Shown here piece after piece: positions 38,559-47,597 of a DNA stretch of 64,000 bases. Position numbers and translations under genes: made by a program. Source of the stretch: an uncultured Candidatus Saccharibacteria bacterium (GTDB taxonomy: Bacteria > Patescibacteriota > Minisyncoccia > UBA6257 > 1-14-0-10-44-23); the NCBI GenBank assembly GCA_964549935.1, contig CAZJVT010000002.1, forward strand, positions 191,066 to 255,065. The letters are read 5' to 3'. The first letter of the stretch is position 1. Each line of letters opens with the position of its first letter. Below the pieces are notes generated by a model that was given only the letters and a program-made list of their open reading frames with translations, searched no databases and had not been told where the DNA came from.

Positions 38559-40007
38559 ATGTCGGCAACTACTCCAAAACTTGAAAAGCGCTCTCCTGTC
38601 GTCGTTGTGATGGGTCACGTAGACCACGGCAAAACCACGCTCTTAGACACCATCCGCAAGAGCAACGTCGCAGCTAAGGAGGCCGGGGGTATTACCCAGG
38701 CCGTTGGTGCCTACGAAATCATCCACTCCGGCAACCGCATCACCTTTATCGACACCCCGGGACACGAGGCGTTTACAAAGATGCGTAGCCGCGGTGCCTC
38801 AATCGCCGATATCGCCATTCTCGTCGTCGCCGCTGACGATGGCGTGAGCGAACAGACCAAAGACGCTATCCGCATCATCAAGGAGACCAAGCTCCCCTAC
38901 GTCGTTGCGATTAACAAGATTGATAAGGAGGGAGCGGATGTTTTGAAAGTTAAAAACGGACTCGCGCAAGAAGAAATCTTCGTCGAAGGCTTTGGCGGCG
39001 ACGTCTCCTGTCAGGAGATCTCGGCCAAAACCGGCCAGGGTATCACCGACCTGCTCGACATCATTACGCTCACCGCCGAAGTCGAGGGTTTGACCTACGA
39101 CCCGGCTGCGCCGGCCACCGGATTTGTCCTCGAGGCCTTTATGAACGCCCAGACCGGTATCACCGCCAGCGTCGTGCTTAAAAACGGCACCCTCAAGGCG
39201 GGTGAGGAAATCGGTACCGCCACCACGCGCGGCAAGGTCCGCGGTTTGCGCACCTTCGCCGGTAAGGCTGAAAAAGAAATGACTCCGAGCGCACCGGCCG
39301 TCATCTTAGGCTTTGAAACTATCCCCCGCGCCGGCGAGGCTTTTGGTACCGGAGCCGCAATGCCGAAACTTGTTGCCCAGGCCGGCAAAGAAATGCCGAC
39401 GCAGGCCGAATACGAACAGAAGCGCTTGTCCTTCGTCGTCAAAGCAGACGTCGCCGGTTCACTCGAGGCCTTAATGGACCAGATTAAAAAGATTAAGACG
39501 CCGGATCACACCACGCGCGTAACTATTCTTGGCGAAGGCGTTGGCGACATTACCGATGGCGATGCGAAGCTCGCCGGCTCAACCGGTTCCTTCATCGTCG
39601 GCTTTAACGTCAAGCAAACCCCGGCGGCTAAAACCTTAATCAGCTCACAAAAAATCAAAGTCTTCTCGTCCAAAATTATTTACGAGCTCTTAAAAGAAAT
39701 CGAAGAGGAGTTTAGCGGACGCAAGAAGCAAATAGTCGTCGGTGACCTGGACATCCTCAAGGTCTTTGATCAGAAAAACAACGGTGCTCAAATTATCGGT
39801 GGCAAAGTCGTCGCCGGCCTCATCAAGAATCAAAGCACCGTCGAGGTACACCGCGGCGACAAAGAGCTCGGCACCGGCCGTATTGCCAACCTCCAGCAGA
39901 GTAAAAAAGACGTCGAATCAGTCGCTATGGGCCTGGAGTGCGGTATGCTCTTTAGCTCACAGGTTATGATCGAAAAGGGAGACCATCTCATTTCTCGTCC
40001 GGACTAG
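38559..40007 (+). CDS. infB: Translation initiation factor IF-2 (short form lacking N-terminal domains)
   Basis: GTPase motifs [28 protein letters not shown]; 482 aa. Confidence 0.9.
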   Translation: MSATTPKLEKRSPVVVVMGHVDHGKTTLLDTIRKSNVAAKEAGGITQAVGAYEIIHSGNRITFIDTPGHEAFTKMRSRGASIADIAILVVAADDGVSEQTKDAIRIIKETKLPYVVAINKIDKEGADVLKVKNGLAQEEIFVEGFGGDVSCQEISAKTGQGITDLLDIITLTAEVEGLTYDPAAPATGFVLEAFMNAQTGITASVVLKNGTLKAGEEIGTATTRGKVRGLRTFAGKAEKEMTPSAPAVILGFETIPRAGEAFGTGAAMPKLVAQAGKEMPTQAEYEQKRLSFVVKADVAGSLEALMDQIKKIKTPDHTTRVTILGEGVGDITDGDAKLAGSTGSFIVGFNVKQTPAAKTLISSQKIKVFSSKIIYELLKEIEEEFSGRKKQIVVGDLDILKVFDQKNNGAQIIGGKVVAGLIKNQSTVEVHRGDKELGTGRIANLQQSKKDVESVAMGLECGMLFSSQVMIEKGDHLISRPD

Positions 40008-40101
40008 GACGAGAAATGAATTTCCAATTATCAATTTCCAATTTCTAATTAATTTTGGAATTGACCAATTGAACACTTAATTGAAAATTGTAAATTAAGA
40101 A

Positions 40102-40494
40102 TTGAAAATTAATGAACCTATGCAGTATCCTCCAAAGCCCTACAAGCGTAATGTCCGCGTCAACGAACTCATCCAGCAGGAGCTGGGTAAACTTATTTTG
40201 CGCGATATCGAGCTTACCGGCGGCATCATGACGATTACCGGCGTGGATGTCACCGAAAAGCTGGATTACGCTCGCGTCAAAGTCAGCGTCCTCCCCGCTT
40301 CACTCGAACGAAAGGCTCTTGGCTTGCTCCAAGACAACGTCGGCCGCCTGCAACACACCTTACTGCGCGTCATCAACATCAAGCCGATGCCGCACTTACA
40401 GTTTGAGATTGATAAAGGCGCCGAGGTAGCAGCAAAGATGGAAAAAGTATTCATGGAGGGAGAGGCCAGTGGTGAGATTGAAAAAGAAGCGTAA
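40102..40494 (+). CDS. rbfA: Ribosome-binding factor A
   Basis: RVNELIQQELGKLIL..VTEKLDYARVKVSVL..KPMPHLQFEID; start may be the internal Met at 40120. Confidence 0.8.
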   Translation: MKINEPMQYPPKPYKRNVRVNELIQQELGKLILRDIELTGGIMTITGVDVTEKLDYARVKVSVLPASLERKALGLLQDNVGRLQHTLLRVINIKPMPHLQFEIDKGAEVAAKMEKVFMEGEASGEIEKEA

Positions 40495-40516
40495 AACCGC
40501 TACTCTATACTCTATT

Positions 40517-40590
40517 GGCGCAGTGGTGAAGTAGTCTAACACCGCGGTCTGCAAAACCGCTATTCGTGGGTGCAAATCCCACCTGCGCCT
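40517..40590 (+). tRNA. tRNA-Cys (anticodon GCA)
   Basis: GGCGCAG acceptor; anticodon stem GCGGT/ACCGC with loop CTGCAAA; T-arm GTGGG-TGCAAAT-CCCAC; discriminator T. Confidence 0.8.
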
Positions 40591-40630
40591 CCCTTGCCTC
40601 GCTGCAGTATTTCGCGTTGGCAGGACACCC

Positions 40631-40714
40631 GCCCGGGTGGCGGAACTGGCAGACGCAGAGGACTTAAGATCCTCCGGTATTTATACCTTGTGGGTTCGAT
40701 TCCCACCCCGGGCA
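40631..40714 (+). tRNA. tRNA-Leu (anticodon TAA)
   Basis: GCCCGGG acceptor; anticodon stem GAGGA/TCCTC with loop CTTAAGA; long variable arm; T-arm GTGGG-TTCGATT-CCCAC; discriminator A. Confidence 0.8.
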
Positions 40715-40717
40715 CAT

Positions 40718-41098
40718 ATGAACCAAGGAAGCGCAGTCGGAATTTTATATAAAGATGGCAAGGTGCTTGTTGAGCGTCGCCAGGCACACGAAAAGTTCTA
40801 CCCGGGTGCTGTCATGTTCCCGGGCGGGAGCATTGAAGACGACGAAACCCCGGAGCAGGGTCTTTTGCGCGAGATGCATGAGGAGCTTGGCATCACTATC
40901 AAAGCCTATCGCCCAGTTGGCATTTTTTATCACGCCGATGGACACAAGATAAATACCTTTCTCGTAACTGACTGGGAAGGCTCCCCTACAGCGCTCGAAG
41001 CCGCAGAAGTTTTTTGGATCTCCGACCCGGCAGAGATAACCGACGAAAAAAATCAAGAAATGTACCAGGCTGCCATTGAAAAAGCAGATATGCTATAG
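40718..41098 (+). CDS. NUDIX hydrolase
   Basis: Nudix box GGSIEDDETPEQGLLREMHEELGI; start at MNQGSAVG (ATG 40718) just after tRNA-Leu; the ORF-track extension to 40637 overlaps the tRNA and is rejected. Confidence 0.75.
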   Translation: MNQGSAVGILYKDGKVLVERRQAHEKFYPGAVMFPGGSIEDDETPEQGLLREMHEELGITIKAYRPVGIFYHADGHKINTFLVTDWEGSPTALEAAEVFWISDPAEITDEKNQEMYQAAIEKADML

Positions 41099-41213
41099 TT
41101 CCCCTACTATGTGGTTAGCACTTGGTCAGCTCAAAGGCGATTTTCCTAAGTAGGCAGTTTCCGCTGTCTCCGGCCGTTACCAAACGGCTTATTAAGCCTA
41201 CTTACTAATCACT

Positions 41214-41936
41214 ATGACTAAACTACTCTATTTAGAAAACTGGAACACGCTCACCTCACAAGCACTCATTACTGAAATCACGACCTATCAAGACAAACCG
41301 GCGCTCGTCCTCGACCAAACCGTCTTCTATCCACAAGGCGGCGGTCAGCCCTGGGACACGGGCACCATTGCCGGGCCACAGGGCACCTTTGACGTTCAAG
41401 CAGTGCGATTTGATAATGGCATCGTCTACCACCTTGGCGCCTTTACCTCCGGCACAATGCAAGCCGGCGAAACCGTTACCTGCAGTGTCGACCCGGACCG
41501 ACGCAACCTTAATAACAGACTGCACTCCGGCGGTCACGTCTTGGATATGGGCGTGCTCCTGCTCAAACTCAACTGGATTCCGGGTAAGGGCTACCACTTC
41601 CCCGACGGTCCGTACGTTGAGTACGCCGGGAGCCTGAATGGGCTGGATAAAGAAAAATTAAAAGTTGATCTCGAGACGGCAGCCAACAAATTCGTAACTG
41701 AAAACCGGCCTACGAGCATCCGCTTTATGCCGAAAGAAAAAATGCACGAGGTCTGCCACCACGTGCCTGATTATCTGCCGGAGGGCAAGCCGGCCCGCGT
41801 CGTGATGTACGGCGATTTCGGCGTACCGTGCGGCGGCACACACGTGAATGCGCTTGGCGAAATTGGCCACCTGACTATTCGTAAAATTAAACAGGAAGGC
41901 GATAAAATCAGGGTCGGCTACGACGTGAGTCGGTAG
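41214..41936 (+). CDS. alaX: AlaX-type alanyl-tRNA editing protein (Ser-tRNA(Ala) deacylase-like)
   Basis: FYPQGGGQPWDTG plus HxxxH (HSGGH) and CGGTH zinc motifs of the AlaRS editing/second-additional domain; 240 aa. Confidence 0.75.
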   Translation: MTKLLYLENWNTLTSQALITEITTYQDKPALVLDQTVFYPQGGGQPWDTGTIAGPQGTFDVQAVRFDNGIVYHLGAFTSGTMQAGETVTCSVDPDRRNLNNRLHSGGHVLDMGVLLLKLNWIPGKGYHFPDGPYVEYAGSLNGLDKEKLKVDLETAANKFVTENRPTSIRFMPKEKMHEVCHHVPDYLPEGKPARVVMYGDFGVPCGGTHVNALGEIGHLTIRKIKQEGDKIRVGYDVSR

Positions 41937-42001
41937 CGTTGCGCTCCGGCCAGGCTTTTGGTAGGGTCAGGGAGTCCCTGGGCACCGACAAGGAGGTCAC
42001 G

Positions 42002-42754
42002 TTGCGCGTTATCAAGAAAGGCCCGCTGCTTCGAGTCGCCGCAGTGGCGACCGGCGGCGGATCAACCGTGAAGGCGGTCCTCGAGCAGTGTCTCCCCGGC
42101 GGTAGACTGCACGGCCTCGTGGAGGTCGCAGTCATCGTCGGGACCAGGCCTGGCATCGAGGCGCTGGAACGCCCGAAGCAGGTCGTCGGAATGGAACACG
42201 TCCCGACTCGCGTTGTCGAGCGCAAGCTCGGCACGAAGACGGAGGTCCGGTTCGGCAAAGAGCTGATGAAGGTCTTCAATCAGTTCGACGTCGACATGTT
42301 CGCGCTCCTGGGATGCATCCCGACGATCCCAGGAAACGTCCTGGAAAAGTTCGTCGGAACCAACCAGCACCCTGCCCCACCGCAGCGCTTCGGCGGGAAG
42401 GGCTGGCACGGCATCCTGCCCTACGCTGCACAGCTCTACTACGTCCAGGACCTGGGTGCCAAGCACCCTGCGATCGTGGTGTCGCAGTGGGTCGCACCCG
42501 AAGTGGACGGTGGCAGCGTGATCCACTACGGGGAGGTCCCCATCCTCGACGGGGACACCCCGGAAGCGCTCCGCGACCGAGGACTGCCTGTCGAATGGGC
42601 GGTTCAGGTCGAGACGCTTCGGCGTCTCGCGACGGACACGGCCGAAGAAACGCCGTGCCCCTACAGTTGCACCCCGATGTCAGGAACCCGGGCGGGGGTC
42701 GCACTCGAGAATGCCAAGGCGCGTGCCTTGGCCGAGTACGGCCACCACAAGTAA
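42002..42754 (+). CDS. Formyltransferase-family protein (PurN/Fmt-like), high-GC cassette C
   Basis: VAAVATGGGSTVKAVLEQ plus NQHPAPPQRFGGKGWHGI resemble the PurN GS-N-LQAL and N-HPSLLP-F-G motifs; about 65% GC; AAGGAGG ribosome-binding site then TTG at 42002 (the ORF track opens at 41939, 2 bp after the alaX stop). Confidence 0.5.
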   Translation: MRVIKKGPLLRVAAVATGGGSTVKAVLEQCLPGGRLHGLVEVAVIVGTRPGIEALERPKQVVGMEHVPTRVVERKLGTKTEVRFGKELMKVFNQFDVDMFALLGCIPTIPGNVLEKFVGTNQHPAPPQRFGGKGWHGILPYAAQLYYVQDLGAKHPAIVVSQWVAPEVDGGSVIHYGEVPILDGDTPEALRDRGLPVEWAVQVETLRRLATDTAEETPCPYSCTPMSGTRAGVALENAKARALAEYGHHK

Positions 42755-42823
42755 CGGAGGAGAGCCTCGAGCTCCGGGGCGCCGACAGGCGCCCCGGAGA
42801 CTCACTTCAAAAAGATTTAAACA

Positions 42824-42856
42824 CAAAACCCGCCTTTCGGCGGGTTTTGTGTTTTC
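42824..42856. terminator. Bidirectional Rho-independent terminator
   Basis: aaacccgcc-tttc-ggcgggttttgtgtttt. Confidence 0.65.
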
Positions 42857-42860
42857 TTAC

Positions 42861-43337
42861 CTAATCAACGTTGTACTTAACGGTTACCTCCACTACCCGC
42901 TTACCCCAGGCAAGCGCAGCAGAGTGACTAGTCATCCAGATATCGAAGTGCGGCTTATCCATCGTGAGGTTAGTAGCATGGTCAAACTTACGAGCCATAC
43001 GGTCACCACACGTGTAATCACGGCCGTTAATCGTCACCTTCGTACCGAACGCATACTCACGACTGCAAGCAACCATACCATCGTACACCTCATGACCGTT
43101 AGCGGCGATAAACGGATCACGGTCGGTCTGACCAATCTCCGAGTTATAAGCAGTAACAGTAGCGGTGAAATGCTCAACGACGGTCTTCGGCATCACCTTC
43201 TCAACGATAGCGGAAACCGCCTTGTTGATGGAGTCCGGTCCATACATACCGATTGAGGGCTGCGCAACCGCGGCCGGAATCGGGAGCATGGCAACGAGAG
43301 CCACTGCGACGAGAACCTTTGCGATTGTGTTTTTCAT
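42861..43337 (-). CDS. Secreted 3D-domain protein (MltA/YuiC-like cell-wall-binding)
   Basis: signal peptide; VTAYNSEIGQTDRDPFIAANG..DYTCGDRMARKFD..FDIWM conserved Asp triad; 158 aa. Confidence 0.65.
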   Translation of the reverse strand: MKNTIAKVLVAVALVAMLPIPAAVAQPSIGMYGPDSINKAVSAIVEKVMPKTVVEHFTATVTAYNSEIGQTDRDPFIAANGHEVYDGMVACSREYAFGTKVTINGRDYTCGDRMARKFDHATNLTMDKPHFDIWMTSHSAALAWGKRVVEVTVKYNVD

Positions 43338-43569
43338 AGTGTTTATAAGGGTTCCCGGGCCGAAAGGGCCCTTTCCCCCTCAAAATAAAAACCCCCACTT
43401 CTAGAGGCTTTATAGGTTCATTATAGCACCCTTTCCTGGTTTTGTCAATACCCCACAATATCTAGCAGAATCTGTCAACCTGATAGCCTAAAAAGCCTTA
43501 TAAAATAAGGGTTTTTGACACTCCCGGTAAAACCGGCCACTTAAGGACCCGAAAAACGCGCCTCGTCAG

Positions 43570-43983
43570 CTACTCCTCGTCTCTCAAAGAAACCCGTACT
43601 GGCCGGGAGGCCAGGATGGGCATTTTTATGCGTAAAACACCGTTTTTTATGGTTGCCTCGGCCTTATCGGCATCAATCTCAATCGGTAGACTAATCTCCC
43701 GCGCAAATGAGCCCCAGTGGCACTCGTCAATGACATAGTCATGCTTCTTAGTCCGGTGTTCGCGGTGTCGCTTCCCTTCAATCGTCACTATCGTCGGAGT
43801 AATTTCGATGTTGATGTCCTCGCTCCGCACACCACCAATCGGCGCCTCTAAAACGAGGGTTTTGTCGGTCTGGAATAGATCAATAGCCAGCTGCCCAACG
43901 GCATCGGCATCCTCCTCCACGTGCGCATAGATATGCGGTTCACGGGCAAGCTCATGTAAGAATTGTTTTACGTCGTCGGCCAT
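43570..43983 (-). CDS. Hsp20/alpha-crystallin-family small heat-shock protein
   Basis: alpha-crystallin domain ..FAREISLP..A.IKNGVLRIKMP; 137 aa. Confidence 0.8.
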   Translation of the reverse strand: MADDVKQFLHELAREPHIYAHVEEDADAVGQLAIDLFQTDKTLVLEAPIGGVRSEDINIEITPTIVTIEGKRHREHRTKKHDYVIDECHWGSFAREISLPIEIDADKAEATIKNGVLRIKMPILASRPVRVSLRDEE

Positions 43984-44001
43984 ACGTTTAGTATACCACT
44001 G

Positions 44002-44727
44002 CTATCCAGTTTTTGTTTTCACAATCCCATCCCGCTCTTCTTCTGTCCGCAACTCCTCAAAGTCTACTAGCAGGAAGAAAGCGATGATGGCCACAAAGAC
44101 CAGCGCCCAGCCGGCGGGCCCGTAAGCGAGCACGAGATAGTTAAATGCCGAGTGTAGGACGGTCGAGATGATAATACCGGCGATGATGTGCACGCCGAGC
44201 AGCTTGTTACGGATCCAGCCAACCGCCCAGTGGAATCCGATGATACCAGAAGCGACCGAGTGGAGCAGCGTTGCCCCCAAAAAGCGCAGCGCGACGACTT
44301 CGAAGGCTTTCAGACTTACAAACGCCGCCTGAACTCCCCCGCTATTAATCAGCGAGGCGATATTTTCAACTGCGGCAAACCCAAGCGCAGCGGTGATCAT
44401 AAAAATCATCGCATCGAGTGGCTGATTAAACGACTTCAGGCGACGAACGAGCAGAAACACGCCCAGAAACTTCAGCGTCTCCTCTACCCCCGCAAAAGCA
44501 ATGATCGCTCCGGTGGTGCGCGTCGAAAGACCGATGGAACCGAAGTACTTCGCTAAAAGCACCTGCACAAAAAGCGCAGCGAAGGTACAAATCGCACCAA
44601 CTAAAAACGCAAAAATAATATCAGAAAGGCGCTCCGCCTTTTCTTTTTCTTCCTGTTCAAAAAACGTCAGCCAAATAAGGCTCGGGGCAAGCCCAAGAGC
44701 AAACGCCAGTACGTAGCGTAAATCCAT
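44002..44727 (-). CDS. prsW: PrsW-family intramembrane metalloprotease
   Basis: motifs AGVEETLKF (EExxK), AAVENIAS (FxxxE) and HSAFNY (HxxxN) across about 8 transmembrane helices; 241 aa. Confidence 0.7.
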   Translation of the reverse strand: MDLRYVLAFALGLAPSLIWLTFFEQEEKEKAERLSDIIFAFLVGAICTFAALFVQVLLAKYFGSIGLSTRTTGAIIAFAGVEETLKFLGVFLLVRRLKSFNQPLDAMIFMITAALGFAAVENIASLINSGGVQAAFVSLKAFEVVALRFLGATLLHSVASGIIGFHWAVGWIRNKLLGVHIIAGIIISTVLHSAFNYLVLAYGPAGWALVFVAIIAFFLLVDFEELRTEEERDGIVKTKTG

Positions 44728-44832
44728 ACTTTTATTGTACCATTCGCGCCCTATTCTCCTTCAAATCAAAAAGGAGCGGTTTTGGTTTATTCTTCCTCGG
44801 GGTCTACGGAAGGATAAGCCAAAGCCACGACG

Positions 44833-47073
44833 CTAGCTCCACTCTTCAACCATCAAAAGCTCGCTCTTGCCGGGCCAAGTGGGCAGCTTGCTCCAAATCT
44901 CTTCGGTGACGTAAGGCATAAACGGGTGCAGCATCTTTAAGCACTCCTCAAAGACCTTCGTGAGCGTGGTGGCGGCCATATCCCTGTCTCCTTCGTCGGC
45001 ACCGGCCAGACGGGTTTTGTACTCCTCGATAAGCTTGTCAGCCACGGTGTGCCAGGTGTAGTGGTAGGCCGCCTCGGAGGCCAGGTGGAGCTTATACTCG
45101 TCTAAATCGCGAGCGACCTCGGCCTTCACTTTTTCGAGCTCGTGCAGTACCTCCTGGTCGCGGGCGGTTACGCCGGCGTTTGGATCAACCGAGTCGGTGT
45201 ACTGCAGAATGAACTTACCCATATTCCAGAGCTTAGTCGTAAAGTTGCGGTAGCCGCGGATTTTGTCTTCAGAAATAACCGGGTCGGTGCCGGCGGCGTT
45301 ACCGGAGACAAGCGCCATACGCACCGCGTCGGTACCGTACTCAGCAGAAACGCCGAGCGGGTCGATGACGTTGCCTTTGGACTTACTCATCTTTTGGCGT
45401 TCTTTGTCGCGCACGAGTCCGTGCAAATAGACCGTCTTAAACGGCACGCGACCAGTGCGGTAAATGCCCAGCATCGTCATGCGTGCCACCCAGAAGAACA
45501 AAATGTCCCAGCCGGTCTCCATGACGTCGGTCGGGTAAAACGAATCAAAATCACGCGAGACGGTTCCCATGCTCGTACCCTGCACGTGCTTTTTGCCTTC
45601 GGCATTGGCCGAAGCCATCAGCGTCGCAAACGGCCACTGGCCAGAACTAAACCAGGTATCAAACACGTCGGTCTCCGGCTCCCAGCCAATACCGTCTGGC
45701 TTCTGCTCGCCGACGTGAATCTGCTCACCCTTGTACCAGACCGGAATGCGGATACCCCACACTATCTGACGGCTGACGTTCCAGTCGCGCAGGTTTTCCA
45801 TCCAGCGAAGAAACTCAGTTTTAAAGCGATCGCTCACAAAACTAACCTCCCCTTTCTCGACTGCTGCGACAGCTAAATCACGCAGCGACTTACCAAGACG
45901 ATTGCTCGGCTTCGTCATAGCCACAAACCACTGCGGACGAATCTGCGGTTCAATCGCGGTATTACATTTGTAACAAACCGGCACGGCGTGCTTGCGCTGC
46001 TCGACGTTAACAAGTAGCCCTTTTTTGTTAAGCTTTTCGACGATAAGCGCGCGTGCCTTGCTGATGTGCTGCCCGGTAAACTCGCCAGCGATTGGCAGTA
46101 ACTTGCCCTGCCAGTCGATAATCTGCTCCTTCGGCAGATTGTGCCGCTGCGCGATTTCAAAGTCGGCGGCACTGTGCCAGGGCGTAATCGTCATCGCGCC
46201 GGTACCGAGCTCCATATCCATTGCCGCGTCCTTAATGAGGGTTGCTCGAATCGGGCCATTAATCCATTCCAGTTCAAATTCCTGGCCGTCTTTGTACTGC
46301 GCGTAGCGCTCATCGTCCGGATGCACCACGACGTACTTATCGCCAAACTTAGTCTCTGGGCGCGCAGTCGCAATAGTAAAAGGACCGTACTTGAGATAAT
46401 AAAACGGATCGGTCACCTCCGGCTGGGCGATTTCGAGTTCAGAGAGCGAGGTTTGGTGGCGAGCGCACCAGTTGATGATGCGGCTGCCACGGTAAATAAG
46501 GCCGTCGTCATAGAGCATCTTAAACGTCTCGTATACCACGCCGCGGATATCGTCATCTAAAGTAAACTTTTCGCGTGACCAGTCACACGAGGCACCGAGT
46601 GCGCGAATTTGACCTTCCATGTGAGCCTTGTTGGCGATAGTAAAATCTTTGATCTCCCCGTAGAGCTGATCGCGCGGAATCTCCCAAAACTTCCTCCCCT
46701 CCTTCTCCAACTTCTTTGTATACACCACCTGCGTTTCGAACCCGGCGTGATCGGCACCCGGAAGCCAAAGCGTCTTAAAGCCGCGCATACGCTTGTAGCG
46801 GATCATAATGTCCTGCGTGGTCACAAACAGCGCGTGCCCGATGTGTAGTGAGCCGTTCGCATTTGGCGGCGGCATGATAATCGTGAAACGTGGAGCGTCT
46901 GACGTGTAACGTTCAGAGGGCAGATTGTCCGGATTAAAGTAACCCGAATCCTCCCACTTTTGGTAGATTTCCGGCTCACGGTCCTTATATTCAAAATGCT
47001 TCGGGAGTTCCATGGCAGTAGATAGTGATGAGGCAATTTTAGCGGAAAATCGTTGGTTTTTATATATTGACAA
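44833..47073 (-). CDS. valS: Valine--tRNA ligase (short form)
   Basis: class I HIGH region PPPNANGSLHIGHAL, KMSKS region KMSKSKGNVIDP, ValRS-type TWFSSGQWPF; 746 aa; the true start may be the internal Met at 47013. Confidence 0.8.
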   Translation of the reverse strand: MSIYKNQRFSAKIASSLSTAMELPKHFEYKDREPEIYQKWEDSGYFNPDNLPSERYTSDAPRFTIIMPPPNANGSLHIGHALFVTTQDIMIRYKRMRGFKTLWLPGADHAGFETQVVYTKKLEKEGRKFWEIPRDQLYGEIKDFTIANKAHMEGQIRALGASCDWSREKFTLDDDIRGVVYETFKMLYDDGLIYRGSRIINWCARHQTSLSELEIAQPEVTDPFYYLKYGPFTIATARPETKFGDKYVVVHPDDERYAQYKDGQEFELEWINGPIRATLIKDAAMDMELGTGAMTITPWHSAADFEIAQRHNLPKEQIIDWQGKLLPIAGEFTGQHISKARALIVEKLNKKGLLVNVEQRKHAVPVCYKCNTAIEPQIRPQWFVAMTKPSNRLGKSLRDLAVAAVEKGEVSFVSDRFKTEFLRWMENLRDWNVSRQIVWGIRIPVWYKGEQIHVGEQKPDGIGWEPETDVFDTWFSSGQWPFATLMASANAEGKKHVQGTSMGTVSRDFDSFYPTDVMETGWDILFFWVARMTMLGIYRTGRVPFKTVYLHGLVRDKERQKMSKSKGNVIDPLGVSAEYGTDAVRMALVSGNAAGTDPVISEDKIRGYRNFTTKLWNMGKFILQYTDSVDPNAGVTARDQEVLHELEKVKAEVARDLDEYKLHLASEAAYHYTWHTVADKLIEEYKTRLAGADEGDRDMAATTLTKVFEECLKMLHPFMPYVTEEIWSKLPTWPGKSELLMVEEWS

Positions 47074-47167
47074 AGATAGTTTTTTTAATTAAAATACTTT
47101 CACGCGTTTTCGACGCGCCACCAAACTTCTCGCGACAACGCGATCGAAGCAACGAAGGGAGCCCTGA

Positions 47168-47527
47168 ATGCGTAACGGAAAGAAAGTCGTCCTGCACGTC
47201 GAGGACAAACTCCTGTATCAGGATCTGCTCGCGGCAGATCTTCGACGGTTCGCCGAGGTGATCAGGGCGTCATCAATCATCGAGGCGGAGGCCAAGTTCG
47301 CGGCCAACCAGGGCGTGATCGACGTCATCGTGATGGACGCCTGCGTCCCAGGCGAGACGCCAAACACGCTGCCCCTCGTGGCGCTCATCCGGCAGACCTT
47401 CAAGGGGCCGATGATCGCCTCCTCCGGTTTCCCCGGGTTCAGGAAGGACCTGATGGCTGTCGGATGTGACTCTGAATCTCCCAAGGAGGAGGTCGGAGCG
47501 GCAGTCCTCAGCGCTCTCGGCCTGTGA
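47168..47527 (+). CDS. Stand-alone receiver (REC/CheY-like) domain protein, high-GC cassette D
   Basis: KKVVLHVEDKLLYQDLL ... VIDVIVMDACVPGETP ... LPLVALIRQTF; about 62% GC; AAGGGAG ribosome-binding site; GC-rich terminator hairpins abut the tsaD stop. Confidence 0.55.
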   Translation: MRNGKKVVLHVEDKLLYQDLLAADLRRFAEVIRASSIIEAEAKFAANQGVIDVIVMDACVPGETPNTLPLVALIRQTFKGPMIASSGFPGFRKDLMAVGCDSESPKEEVGAAVLSALGL

Positions 47528-47597
47528 TAGGCCGGAGCCACCCAGCAACATAACGACTGGAGCAAGCGACTGGAGTCGCAGCTCCGGTCGTTCGCTT

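Noticed and set aside
38559-40007. Short IF-2 (482 aa) as a truncation artefact
   Set aside because: All GTPase and C-terminal domains are intact and the gene has clean start and stop. Absence of the N-terminal region is a known natural variant in reduced genomes.
40008-40101. AT-rich region with repeated aattgaaaatt / caatttccaatt motifs upstream of rbfA
   Set aside because: Low-complexity AT-rich promoter sequence with only short degenerate repeats and no recurrence elsewhere in the window.
40560-40787. ORFs 40560..40787 (-) and 40570..40752 (+), and the N-terminal extension of ORF 40637..41098
   Set aside because: They overlap tRNA-Cys and tRNA-Leu(TAA). The Gly/Pro/Arg-rich translations are typical of tRNA sequence read as protein, so the NUDIX gene start was moved to 40718.
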